A stretch of DNA of 64,000 nt from an uncultured delta proteobacterium (GTDB lineage Bacteria > Desulfobacterota > Desulfuromonadia > Desulfuromonadales > JACZKF01). This document shows, in pieces, positions 54,101 through 64,000 of the stretch. The stretch's first letter is position 1, and each line of letters opens with the position of its first letter. The position numbers and the translations under genes were made by a program. Location: the NCBI GenBank assembly GCA_963816395.1, contig CAWFKQ010000006.1, forward strand, positions 96,001-160,000. Reading direction: 5' to 3'. The notes beneath the pieces were generated by a model. That model had not been told where the DNA came from, did no database searches, and saw only the letters and a list, made by a program, of their open reading frames with translations.

Positions 54101-54826
54101 ATGGCCCTGGCCCATCTGAGCTTCTCCGAGCAGGCGATACTGACCCTGGCGGCCCTGATCCTCTTCACCTCCTTCCTGCTGCTGGCGCAGTCCCGGCTGG
54201 TCGCCCTGATCCACACCTTCGCCTGGCAGGGGGCGCTGCTCTTCCTGGCCACGGTGCTGATGGCCACCACCTCGGGGCGGCACCACCTGTTCATCTCCGC
54301 CGCCCTGACCCTGGCGCTGAAGGTCTGCTTCATCCCCTGGCAGCTGCGCCGTCTGGTGGTGCGCCTCGATATCCGCCGCGAGGTGGAGACGGTCGGCGGG
54401 GCGTCGCTGGTGATGATCGGCGCCGGCGCCCTGACCCTGTTCAGCTACTACGTGGCGCTGCCGATCCGGGAGCTGTCGCTCCTCTCCACCCGCAACACCA
54501 TCGCCATCTCCCTGGCGGTGATTCTGATCGGCATGCTGATGATCATCACCCGGCGCAAGGCGGTGGCGCAGGTGATCGGTTTCATGTCGATGGAGAACGG
54601 CCTGTTCTTCGCCGCGGTGGTCGCCACCTACGGCATGCCGATGGTGGTGGAGCTGGGGGTGGCCTTCGACGTGCTGGTGGCGGCGATCCTCTTCGGCATC
54701 TTCTTCCTGCAGATCCGCGCCGGCATCGGCAGCCTCGATGTCGATCGGCTCAATCGGCTCACCGAGGTGGAAAAGGGCAGCCGTGATTCCGACCGCTCCA
54801 ACCGGCTCGCCGAGGTGGAAAAATGA
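54101..54826 (+). CDS. hyfE: Hydrogenase-4 E-like subunit
   Basis: QVIGFMSMENG and GMPMVVELGVAFD motifs. Confidence 0.9.
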   Translation: MALAHLSFSEQAILTLAALILFTSFLLLAQSRLVALIHTFAWQGALLFLATVLMATTSGRHHLFISAALTLALKVCFIPWQLRRLVVRLDIRREVETVGGASLVMIGAGALTLFSYYVALPIRELSLLSTRNTIAISLAVILIGMLMIITRRKAVAQVIGFMSMENGLFFAAVVATYGMPMVVELGVAFDVLVAAILFGIFFLQIRAGIGSLDVDRLNRLTEVEKGSRDSDRSNRLAEVEK

Positions 54827-56290
54827 CCGCCCTCTACCTGACCCTGCTCCTGCCGCTGGCCGGCACCCTGCTTCTCGGCGGTGATCGGCCACCGCCGTCA
54901 GGCCGGGACCGTCAACCTCCTGTTTACCGTCGCCACCTTCGCCACCTCACTGCAGCTGGCGCTCGATGTCTTCAACCAGGGGCCGCTGCTTTCCCCGGGG
55001 AAGCTCTTCTACGTCGACGCCTTCAACGTCTACCTGATCCTGCTCAACGCCCTGGTCGGGATGACCACGGCGATCTTCTCCCGCCCCTACATGGCCCACG
55101 AAGTCGCCATCGGCCGGGTGGACGATCGCCGCATGCGTCTCTACTACGCCATGTACCAGGGTTTTCTGCTGACCATGCTGGTGGCCCTCTCGACCAACAA
55201 CCTGGGGCTGCTGTGGGTGGCGGTGGAGGGGGCGACCCTGGCGACGGTGCTGCTGGTCAGCCTTTACCGCACCCCGGAATCGATCGAGGCGGGATGGAAG
55301 TATTTCATCCTCTGCGGCGTCGGCATCGCCCAGGCCCTGTTCGGCACGGTGCTGGTCTATTTTGCCGCCGAGCGGATCCTGCCCGGCAGCAGCGAATCGC
55401 TGCTCTGGAGCGTTCTGCACAGCCGCGCCGCCGAACTGGAACCGGCGGTGCTGAGCCTCGCCTTCGTTTTTCTGCTCGTCGGCTACGGCACCAAGGTCGG
55501 CCTGGTGCCGCTCCATAACTGGCTTCCCGATGCCCATTCGGAGGGGCCGACGCCGATGTCGGCGATCCTCTCCGGGCTGCTGCTGAACGTCGCCCTCTAC
55601 TCCCTGGTGCGCTTCAAGATGCTCATCGACCCGGCCCTTCCCGGCGGACTGGCCGGCAAGATGATGATGGGATTCGGCCTGCTCTCCTTCACCGTCGCCG
55701 GTCTGCTGCTGCACCGCCAGCGCGACGTCAAACGGATGTTCAGCTATTCCTCCATCGAGCACATGGGATTGATGACTTTCGCCTTCGGCATCGGCGGGCC
55801 GCTGGCCACCTTCGGCGGCCTGCTGCACATGATTGTCCATTCCCTGACCAAATCGGCGATCTTCGTCACCGTCGGTCATGTCGCCCATATCGCCGGCACC
55901 CAGTCGATCGAACGGATTCGCGGCCTGATCCGGGTGCAGCCAAAGGTCGGCTGGTGCTTTCTGCTCAGCACCGTGGCCATCGCCGGCTTTCCCCCCTTCG
56001 GTGTCTTCACCAGCGAATTTCTGCTTTTCACCGCCACCATGAAGAGCTGGCCCTGGCTGGTGATACCGCTGCTGCTCGGACTGTGCATCGCCTTTTCCGG
56101 GCTCTTCCGGCACATGCAGCTGATGGTCTACGGCGAGCCGCCGCCCGGACATCTGCCGGTGACCGCCAACATGTGGCCGGTGATGCTCCATCTGGCGCTG
56201 GTCCTCTGGCTCGGCATCGCCATTCCCGGCGTGTTGGTGCGCTGGCTCGACCAGGCGACGATCATGGTCGTCGGCAAGGGGGTGTTATGA
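54823..56290 (+). CDS. hyfF: Hydrogenase-4 F-like antiporter subunit (indel at about 54880)
   Basis: EAGWKYFILCGVG, GTKVGLVPLHNWLPDAHSEGP and YSSIEHMG motifs. Confidence 0.92.
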
Positions 56291-57888
56291 GCCGGCAGGC
56301 GCCGCGGGTGCGCTCGGCACGGGTCGGCGATCTGCCCCGGCTGCTGGCCGCGGCGGGGATCGCCGCTGCTCCGGCGGCCGGTCCGGCCGGCCCGGCCCGC
56401 CTGCTGGAACTGGCCGCCGCCGACTGGGGGCGGGCGGCCGGCGTCGCCGCGGCGGCCGGCCTGCGCTTCAGCGCCGTGTGGGGCGAGCATCTGCCGCCGC
56501 GCCTGCTGGTGACCACCCTGCTGGCCGGCGGCGACGGTCATCTGCTGCTGCGCACGGCGGTCGATCAGACAGCGCCGCAGCTCCCCTCGCAGACCCCGGC
56601 CTTCGCCGCCGCCGATCGTCCCGAGCGCCATCTGCAGGATATGTTCGGGGTGCGCTTCATCGATCATCCCGACGGCCGCCGCTGGACCCGCCACCAGGCC
56701 TGGCCGGCCGACTGCTTCCCGCTGCGCCGCGACTTTCCGGCGGCCGGGGCGCCGCCGGCGGAAACGCCCCCCGACTGTCTCTATCCCTTCGCACCGGTAG
56801 CCGGCAGCGGGGTCTACGAGATCCCGGTCGGGCCGGTGCATGCCGGGATCATCGAGCCGGGGCATTTCCGTTTTCAGGCGGTCGGCGAGGATGTCCTGCG
56901 CCTGGAAGCGCATCTTGGCTACGTGCACAAGGGAATCGAGAAGATCGCCGAGGGGCGCGACCTGGCCGGGCTGGCGCGGCTGGCCGGGCGGGTCTCCGGC
57001 GACAGCACGGTGGCCCACGCCTGGGCCGCCTGCCAGGCGGCGGAAGCCGCCCTGGGGATCACCGCCCCGCCGCGCGCCCTGGCCCTGCGGGCGATCTTCG
57101 CCGAGCGCGAGCGGATCGCCAACCACCTCGGCGATATCGGCGCCGTCTGCAACGACGTCGGCTTCAGCTTCGCCCAGGTGCAGATGACCCGTCTGCGCGA
57201 ACTCTGGCAGCGGCAGAGCGCTGCCGCCTTCGGCCATCGCCTGCTCATGGACCGGGTGGTGCCGGGCGGGGTGGCGGTCGATCTGCCCCCCGAACAGGTC
57301 GATCCCCTGCGGCAGGAGGCGCAGCGCCTGCGGGATGAGGTGACGGCGCTGATGCCGCTGCTGCTTGAATATCCCTCGCTGCAGGACCGGCTGCGCGACA
57401 CCGGGGTGCTGACCCCGGCGGCGGCCGAACGGCTCGGCGTTCTCGGCTATCTGGGGCGGGCCAGCGACCTGCAGGACGACCTGCGGCGCGATGCCCCCTA
57501 TCCCCCCTATGACCGGCTGACGGTGGAGGTTCCGGCCTATCTGGAAGGGGATGTGGCGAAACGGGTGCGGGTGCGCGGCGATGAGATCCTGATCTCCCTG
57601 GGGCTGATCACCGATCTGCTGGCGCAGCTGCCGGCGGGGCCGCTGCGGGCCGCGCTGCCGGTTCCCGGCGGGGAGTGCGCGGGAATCGGGCTGGTGGAGG
57701 GGTGGCGCGGCGAAACCCTCGCCTTCCTGCGTCTCGACGGGGAGGGGCGGGTGCTGCGCTATTTCCCGCGCGATCCCAGCTGGCTCAACTGGCCGGCCCT
57801 CGAACTGCTCATCGCCGGGAACATCGTCCCCGATTTCCCGGTCTGCAACAAATCGGTGAACGGCTCGTATTCGGGGGTCGACCTGTGA
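56287..57888 (+). CDS. hyfG: Hydrogenase-4 G-like (NuoCD-like) large subunit lacking NiFe cysteines (Ehr type)
   Basis: GPVHAGIIEPGHFRF; RVSGDS replaces RxCxxC; the C-terminus PDFPVCNKSVNGSYSGVDL replaces DPCxxC. Confidence 0.9.
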   Translation: MSRQAPRVRSARVGDLPRLLAAAGIAAAPAAGPAGPARLLELAAADWGRAAGVAAAAGLRFSAVWGEHLPPRLLVTTLLAGGDGHLLLRTAVDQTAPQLPSQTPAFAAADRPERHLQDMFGVRFIDHPDGRRWTRHQAWPADCFPLRRDFPAAGAPPAETPPDCLYPFAPVAGSGVYEIPVGPVHAGIIEPGHFRFQAVGEDVLRLEAHLGYVHKGIEKIAEGRDLAGLARLAGRVSGDSTVAHAWAACQAAEAALGITAPPRALALRAIFAERERIANHLGDIGAVCNDVGFSFAQVQMTRLRELWQRQSAAAFGHRLLMDRVVPGGVAVDLPPEQVDPLRQEAQRLRDEVTALMPLLLEYPSLQDRLRDTGVLTPAAAERLGVLGYLGRASDLQDDLRRDAPYPPYDRLTVEVPAYLEGDVAKRVRVRGDEILISLGLITDLLAQLPAGPLRAALPVPGGECAGIGLVEGWRGETLAFLRLDGEGRVLRYFPRDPSWLNWPALELLIAGNIVPDFPVCNKSVNGSYSGVDL

Positions 57889-58007
57889 GACCGGGGAAGC
57901 TGCACCAGCGGATAACCGATCCTGAAGGCGTCTCACGCGACGACGCGACGACGCAACGTAAAGCCAGTGCACCGGATCTTCGGTCTTCTGAATCCGTGCA
58001 TCCATGC

Positions 58008-58031
58008 GGCACGGCGTCGCCGTGCCCCTAC
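58008..58031 (-). repeat. Single GTAG-type REP
   Basis: Minus strand GTAGGGGCACGGCGACGCCGTGCC. Confidence 0.7.
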
Positions 58032-58045
58032 AGCGGAAATGACCC

Positions 58046-58555
58046 ATGCTGCGTATCTTCAATAAAATCCTGCGCACCGGCCGGCTGACCGAGCCTCTGC
58101 CCGCCGCCGACCGGGCGGTCGCCGAACTGGGCGCCGCCTGCCAGCGGGAGATCGCCGCCCGCTTCGGCCGCTCCCTCGCCATCCGCATGGTCGACGCCGG
58201 CTCCTGCAACGGCTGCGAACTGGAGATGCACGCGGTCAACAACGGCTTCTACGACATCGAGCGCTTCGGCATCCACTTCGTCGCCTCACCGCGCCATGCC
58301 GACCTGCTGCTGGTGACCGGCCCGGTCTCGCGCCACATGCAGGCGGCCCTGCAGCGGACCTATGCGGCGACTCCCGCGCCCAAGCTGGTGGTGGCGATGG
58401 GCGACTGCGGCGCCGACGGCGGCGAGTTCGGCGTTTCCTACGCCAGCTGCGGTGCCGTGGCCAACGTCATCCCCGTCGATGCGGTGATCCGCGGCTGCCC
58501 GCCGACCCCGCAGCAGCTGCTGCAGGGGCTGCTGGAAGTGCTCCAGCGCCGCTGA
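58046..58555 (+). CDS. hyfI: Hydrogenase-4 I-like (NuoB-like) Fe-S small subunit
   Basis: GSCNGCE, SPRHAD, MGDC and GCPPTP motifs. Confidence 0.92.
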   Translation: MLRIFNKILRTGRLTEPLPAADRAVAELGAACQREIAARFGRSLAIRMVDAGSCNGCELEMHAVNNGFYDIERFGIHFVASPRHADLLLVTGPVSRHMQAALQRTYAATPAPKLVVAMGDCGADGGEFGVSYASCGAVANVIPVDAVIRGCPPTPQQLLQGLLEVLQRR

Positions 58556-58562
58556 GAGCAGC

Positions 58563-58613
58563 CGTGGACGCATGGACATCGTGGACAGTCCATCGTCCAT
58601 GGTCCACATGTCC
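58563..58613. repeat. TGGAC/GTCCA inverted short-period arrays
   Basis: CGTGGACG CATGGACAT CGTGGACA / GTCCATC GTCCATG GTCCACA TGTCC. Confidence 0.7.
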
Positions 58614-58755
58614 GCCGTCCTTTCTCTTCCCTCTTAATCCTCCTCCTCGCTCCTTTTCCCTTCCATTAAAATTCTTCTTGACACTGTCCTGGTTTGAGAA
58701 TAGTGTCCACAAATGTCCAACATGTGGGCATAAATAACATCTCATGGGATAAAAT

Positions 58756-59433
58756 GTGAACATCTCGGTGAAAGACGCCGCCCGCCTTCTCGCGGTTTCC
58801 GAAAAGACCATTTACCGCTGGATCAAGGGGGAGATCGTCCCCGCCTATAAGGTCCACGAGAGTTATCGCTTCAACCGCGCCGAACTGCTGGAATGGGCGA
58901 CCTCACGGCGGATGGGGATCTCCCCCGAGGCCTGCGGCGAGCCGGAGGCGGAAGCCCAGCCGCTGCCGAGCCTGTCGTCGGCGCTGGAAAATGGCGGAGT
59001 CTTTTACCGGATAGCGGGGAATACCCGGGAGAAGGTGCTGGCCGACACCGTGGCGCATCTGCGGCTGCCCGAGGAGGTGGACCGCGATTACCTGTATCAG
59101 GTGCTGCTCGCCCGTGAGGGGATCGCCTCCACGGGGGTCGGCAACGGGGTGGCCATTCCGCATCCCCGCGATCCGGTGCTGCTGCATGTGACCCGGCCGA
59201 CCGTAACCCTCTGCTTTCTGGAACAGGCGGTCGATTTCCAGGCTCTCGACGGCCGGCCGGTCCATATCCTGTTTACCCTGATCACCCCCACCCGTCGCTC
59301 CCATCTGCATCTTCTCTCCCTTCTCGGCTTCGTGCTGCGCAATCCCGCCTTTTTGCAGGTATTGCAGAACCAGGCGGGGCGCGAGGAGATTTTCACCGCC
59401 TTGCGGAGCGCCGAGGAAAGCCTGCAAAAATGA
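58756..59433 (+). CDS. Excisionase-like HTH fused to a PTS EIIA(Ntr)-like domain regulator
   Basis: SVKDAARLLAVSEKTIYRW...YRFNRAELLEW; LAREGIASTGVGNGVAIPHPR (phospho-His). Confidence 0.9.
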   Translation: MNISVKDAARLLAVSEKTIYRWIKGEIVPAYKVHESYRFNRAELLEWATSRRMGISPEACGEPEAEAQPLPSLSSALENGGVFYRIAGNTREKVLADTVAHLRLPEEVDRDYLYQVLLAREGIASTGVGNGVAIPHPRDPVLLHVTRPTVTLCFLEQAVDFQALDGRPVHILFTLITPTRRSHLHLLSLLGFVLRNPAFLQVLQNQAGREEIFTALRSAEESLQK

Positions 59434-61433
59434 ACGCCGATACGTTGTTGATCCTGGCGCTGCTGATCATTCCGGCCGGTGGAAGCGGCGCCCTCCTGGC
59501 CGGGCGCCGCCCGAAGCTGGCCGCGGCCCTGGCGGTGGGCGCCACCGTGGTCGGTTCGCTGTGCGGGTTGTGGGGCGCCTTATCCGTCCTGCTCGGGCGC
59601 GTCGCCGGTCTGAGCGCGAGTCTCCCCTGGCAGGTGCCGGGCGGCCGCCTGGCATTGACGGTCGACCCGCTGAGCGCCTTTTTCCTGGTGCCGATCTTCG
59701 TCATCTCCCCCCTCTGCGCCATCTATGGCGCCGCCTATCTGCGGGCCGAAGGCGCCCACCGGCCCCTCGGTCCCCATTGGTTTTTCTTCAATGGCTTGGT
59801 CGCGGCCATGGCGCTGGTGGTCACGGCGGCCAATGCCGTCCTGTTTCTCGCCGCCTGGGAAGTCATGTCGCTGACCTCCTTTTTTCTGGTGGCCTTTGAC
59901 CATCATCGGCCGGAGGTGCGCAGTGCGGCCTGGACCTACCTGCTCGCCTGTCATCTCGGCGGAGCCTGTCTGTTCGCCATGTTCCTGCTGGCTGGAAACC
60001 TCTGCGGCAGCCTCGATTTTGCCGATTTCGCCCCCCTGGCCGCCGCCGGGCCGGGCCTTGCCCTGGCCCTGTTCCTGCTCGCCCTGGTCGGTTTCGGCAC
60101 CAAGGCGGGACTGCTGCCGCTGCACGTCTGGCTGCCGGACGCTCACCCGGCGGCCCCCAGCCACGTCTCCGCGCTGATGTCCGCGGTGATGATCAAGACC
60201 GGTATTTACGGCATCCTGCGCATTCTGCTCCTGCTGCCGGCGCCTCCCGCCTGGTGGGGCGGCCTGCTGGCGGTTCTCGGCACCCTGGGCGCTCTTTACG
60301 GAATCGCGCTGGCGACCATGCAGCGCGATATCAAGCGCTGCCTGGCCTACTCCACCGTCGAGAATGTCGGCATCATTTTTCTCGGCCTGGGGCTGGGTAT
60401 CTACGCCGCCGGCAAGGGGATGCCGGAGGTCGCCCTCCTCGGTTTCGCCGGCGGCCTGCTGCACCTCTGGAATCATGCGCTGTTCAAGGGGCTGATGTTC
60501 CTCGGCGGCGGCAGCCTGCTGCACGTCACCGGCACTCGCGACATGAACATGATGGGGGGGCTTCTGCGGCGCCTGCCGGTCAGCGGCACCCTGCTGATCG
60601 GCGGCAGTCTGGCCATCGGCGGCCTGCCGCCCTTCAACGGCCTGGTCAGCGAATGGCTGCTCTATCTCGGCCTGCTCAAGGCCGGCACCGGCGCCCCCGC
60701 CTTCTGGGGGCTCTTCCCCTCCCTGCTGCTTGGCCTGCTCGGCCTGACCGGTGCGCTGGCGGTGGTGGCCTTTACCCGCCTGATCGGCATCGCTCTGCTC
60801 GGGGAGCCGCGCTCGGCTGAGGCGGCGCAGGCCCGGGAAGCGTCGCGCTGGATGACCCTGCCGATGGGGCTGTTGCTGTCTCCTCTGTCTGGCTGTCGGC
60901 CTGGTCGCCCCAGGCGGCGGCGCGGCTGCTGGCGACGCCGTTGGCGGTCTTGAACCCGGCCGGACCAGGCCTGGAGTCGATGATCGCCCCCCTGGCCGGG
61001 ATCGGCCGCTGGGGCAGGGCTGCTTTCCCTGGCGCTGCTGGCGGGGGCAGGGCTGTTCGGCTGGCTGCGCCGGCACCGTCCCACCGCTGCGGCGGCGACC
61101 TGGGGGTGCGGATTCGCCTTTCCCTCGCCACGCATGGCCTACACCGGCGAGGGCTTCGGCCAATTGGCCCAATTCCACCTGCTGCCGACCTGGCTGCGGC
61201 CGCGCGTGGTGGAAGAAGTCCCGACCGGTCTTTTCCCGGCGCCGGGGCGGCTGGCGCAAAGCTCCCTTGACCCCGGGCTGCAGTCGGTTTTCCTGCCGCT
61301 GTTCGGCTGGGTGGCGGAGCGCTGCGTGCGGCTGCGCTGGTTGCAGCAGGGTAAGCTGCCGATTTACCTGCTTTATATTTTCATCTGCTGCGGGCTGTTG
61401 ATGGTCTGGAGCATCCTGGAAGGAAGGGGGTAA
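59430..61433 (+). CDS. HyfB/EhrA-like antiporter subunit, cluster 2 copy 1 (indels near 60890 and 61025)
   Basis: GTKAGLLPLHVWLPDAHPAAPSH, LAYSTVEN and TWGCG motifs. Confidence 0.88.
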
Positions 61434-61435
61434 GC

Positions 61436-63408
61436 GTGTCCGCTGCTCTGGGTGATCGCAGGTTGCCTTTTGCTGTCCTGCTCCGGCATCCCGGGCCTGT
61501 TCCTGCAGCGCACCGGCGGTGGCGGCGAGCGGGTGGCGGCGGTACTGATGTGCGCCGGCGCCGGCTGCGGGACCATCGGCACCCTGACCGGACTGGCCGG
61601 CCACGGCGGCAGCAGCCTGCGTCTGGCCTGGGGGGTTCCCGGCGGGGCGCTGGCCCTGGCCCTCGATCCGCTCTCGGCGGTCTTTCTGCTGCCTATCTTT
61701 CTGGTGATGGCCCTGGGCGCCGTCTACGGCCTCGCCTACTGGCCGCAGCGCTCCTTTCCCGCACAACGGCCGCGGCCTGCGGTGCACCTACGGTCTGCTC
61801 GGCGGGGCCATGGTCCTGCTGCTGCTCGCCCGCAACGGCGTGCTCTTTCTCCTCGCCTGGGAGATCATGGCGCTGGCCGGCTTCTTCCTGATCACGACCG
61901 AGCAGGAGAAACCGGAAGCGCGCCGCGCCGGCTTCATCTATCTCTGCGCCACCCATGCCGGCACCCTGGCGCTGTTCGGCATGTTCGCCCTGCTCGGCCA
62001 GCAGTCCGGCTCCCTCGCCTTCCCGGCGGCCGGCGCTCTGGCGGTGCCGAGCATGGCTGTTTTTCTGCTGGCGCTGCTCGGCTTCGGCGTCAAGGCCGGA
62101 CTGATGCCGCTGCACATCTGGCTGCCCGGCGCGCATGCCGCCGCCCCGAGCCACGCCTCGGCAATCCTCTCGGGGGTGATGATCAAGACCGGCATCTACG
62201 GACTGCTGCGGGTCACCTCCTTCTACGCCGTGATTCCCCCCGCCTGGGGCTGGACCATCCTCGCCCTGGGGGCGGTTTCGGGAATCTTCGGCGTCGTCTT
62301 TGCCCTGGCCCAGCACGATATCAAGCGGCTGCTCGCCTACCACAGCGTGGAGAACATCGGCATCATCGCCCTCGGGGTCGGCACCGCCCTGCTCGGGCGC
62401 AGCTATCACCTGCCCGACCTGGTGCTGCTCGGCCTGGCCGGCGCCCTGCTGCATGTGATCAATCACGGTCTGTTCAAATCGCTGCTCTTTCTCAGCGCCG
62501 GGGCGGTCATCCACGCCACCGGCACCCGGGAAATCGACCATTACGGCGGCCTGCTGCGGCGCCTCCCCTGGAGCGGGGTGTTTTTTCTCGGCGGCGCGGT
62601 CGCCATCTGCGGCCTGCCGCCGTTCAACGGTTTCATCAGTGAATGGCTGATCTACCTGGGCCTGCTGCGGACCGCGCACGGCACCGGCCTGCCCATTTCG
62701 CTGGCGCTTCTGGCAATTCCCGCCCTGGCGATGATCGGCAGCCTGGCGGTCGCCTGCTTCGTCAAAGTCTTCGGCATCACCTTCCTTGGCGAGCCGCGCC
62801 GCGAACACGCGGCGCCGGCCCACGAAGCGCCGCCTGCCATGCGCTGGCCGATGGCCGGCCTGCTCGCTGCCTGCGCCTGGATCGGCCTGCTGCCGGGGAC
62901 GGTGGCGCCGCTGCTGACGCAGGCCGTTGCGGCCTGGAGTCCGCTGCCGGTCGCCGCGGAACTGGACGGCTCCCTGGCGCCGCTGACGCTGGTGGGAGTG
63001 CTCGGCTGGGGGTTGCTGGCCGCCCTCGCCGCCGGCGGCGCCTGGCTGTGGCGGCGCAGCCGGGGGGCGCCGGCCGGGGTTGGCACCTGGGGTTGCGGGT
63101 TCTCCCTGCCGACGCCGCGGATGCAGTACACGGCCTCCTCCTTCGCCGATTTCCTGGTCGGCCTGTTCCGCTTCGGACTCTGGACGAAGCGGCACGGCGG
63201 GCGGGTGACCGGGCTCTTTCCGTCCCCGGCGGAATTCGCCAGCCACACCCCCGATACGGTGCTCGAGCGTCTGCTGCTGCCGGTGCTGCGGGGCGGCAGC
63301 TGGCTGGCGGCGCGCCTGCGCGCCTGGATTCAGAACGGCAGCTCCAGTCTTTACCTGCTCTACACGGCGGTGACCCTGGTGATCCTGCTGCTGGTCGTCG
63401 CGCGTTAG
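61436..63408 (+). CDS. HyfB/EhrA-like antiporter subunit, cluster 2 copy 2 (indels in 5' part)
   Basis: KAGLMPLHIWLPGAHAAAPSH, LAYHSVEN and TWGCG...MQYT motifs. Confidence 0.88.
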
Positions 63409-63454
63409 AGGTTTATCGCAACAGGCTCTGCTACCACCAAAGGTGACATGTGAA

Positions 63455-64000
63455 ATGATGCTCCTCCAACTGGTGATCCATCTTTTTCTGCTGCTGGTTT
63501 TTGCCCCGCTGCTGCTCGGGGTGATCACCCGCACCAAGGCCTGGTTCGCCGGCCGCACGGGCGCGCCGCTGCTGCAACCGTACGCCGACCTGCTGCGGCT
63601 GTGGCGCAAGGGTTTCGTCTTCAGCCGGACCACCACCTGGGTCTTTCGGGCCGGGCCGGTGGTCGGCCTGGTGGTGCCGATACTCGCCTCCCTGCTGCTC
63701 CCTTTCGGTGCGCTGCCGGCGCCCGTCTCGTTCGACGGCGACCTCATCCTCTTCGTCTATCTGTTCGGCCTTTCCCGCTTTTTTACCGCGGCCGCGGCCC
63801 TGGATACCGGTTCCAGCTTCGAGGGGATGGGAGCCGCCCGCGAGGTGACCTTCTCCTGCCTGGCCGAGCCGACCCTGCTGTTCGCCCTGATCGTGCTGGC
63901 CCGGCTTTCCGGCGGTCTGTCGCTGAACCGCCTGCTGGGGGCCCATCTCGGCGGCGCCTGGCAGACGGCGCCCGCCCCGCTCGGTCTGGTGGCGGTCTGT
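63455..64000 (+). CDS. HyfC/EhrB-like (NuoH-like) subunit, cluster 2 (runs off the window)
   Basis: KAWFAGRTGAPLLQPYADL and ALDTGSSFEGMGAARE motifs; absent from the ORF track because it has no stop in the window. Confidence 0.9.
   Translation, partial: MMLLQLVIHLFLLLVFAPLLLGVITRTKAWFAGRTGAPLLQPYADLLRLWRKGFVFSRTTTWVFRAGPVVGLVVPILASLLLPFGALPAPVSFDGDLILFVYLFGLSRFFTAAAALDTGSSFEGMGAAREVTFSCLAEPTLLFALIVLARLSGGLSLNRLLGAHLGGAWQTAPAPLGLVAVC

Overview
High-GC chromosomal segment whose gene content points to a Desulfuromonadia (Desulfuromonas/Geobacter-like) bacterium; this is an inference. About 25 single-base frameshifts fall even in core genes (polA, recO, aroF, thiS, thiF), so the assembly probably carries long-read indel errors, and genes were rebuilt across frames. 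Housekeeping content: polA, recO-glyQS-ppdK, nfi, a TPP-riboswitch thiFSGHE operon, glpK, lhgO, aroF and yggT-divIVA-DUF167. Notable loci: (1) a Y1/HUH RAYT-like transposase bracketed by 29-bp inverted repeats with a palindromic core. Its right repeat is split by a complete group II intron whose EBS1 matches the repeat, so the intron appears to target the transposon end. (2) The mercury-methylation pair hgcAB. hgcA has an N-terminal extension missed by the ORF track, with an in-frame TGT-TGA (Cys-Sec) followed by a SECIS-like hairpin. (3) A family-1 encapsulin with a ferritin-like cargo ending in a TVGDL targeting peptide, convergent with a putative nitrosative-stress operon. (4) Two adjacent hydrogenase-4-like (Ehr) clusters; the complete one has a large subunit lacking the NiFe cysteines. 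(5) Many short intergenic 7/8/9-mer arrays, often as inverted pairs, plus GTAG-type REP elements. No rRNA, tRNA or CRISPR array was seen.
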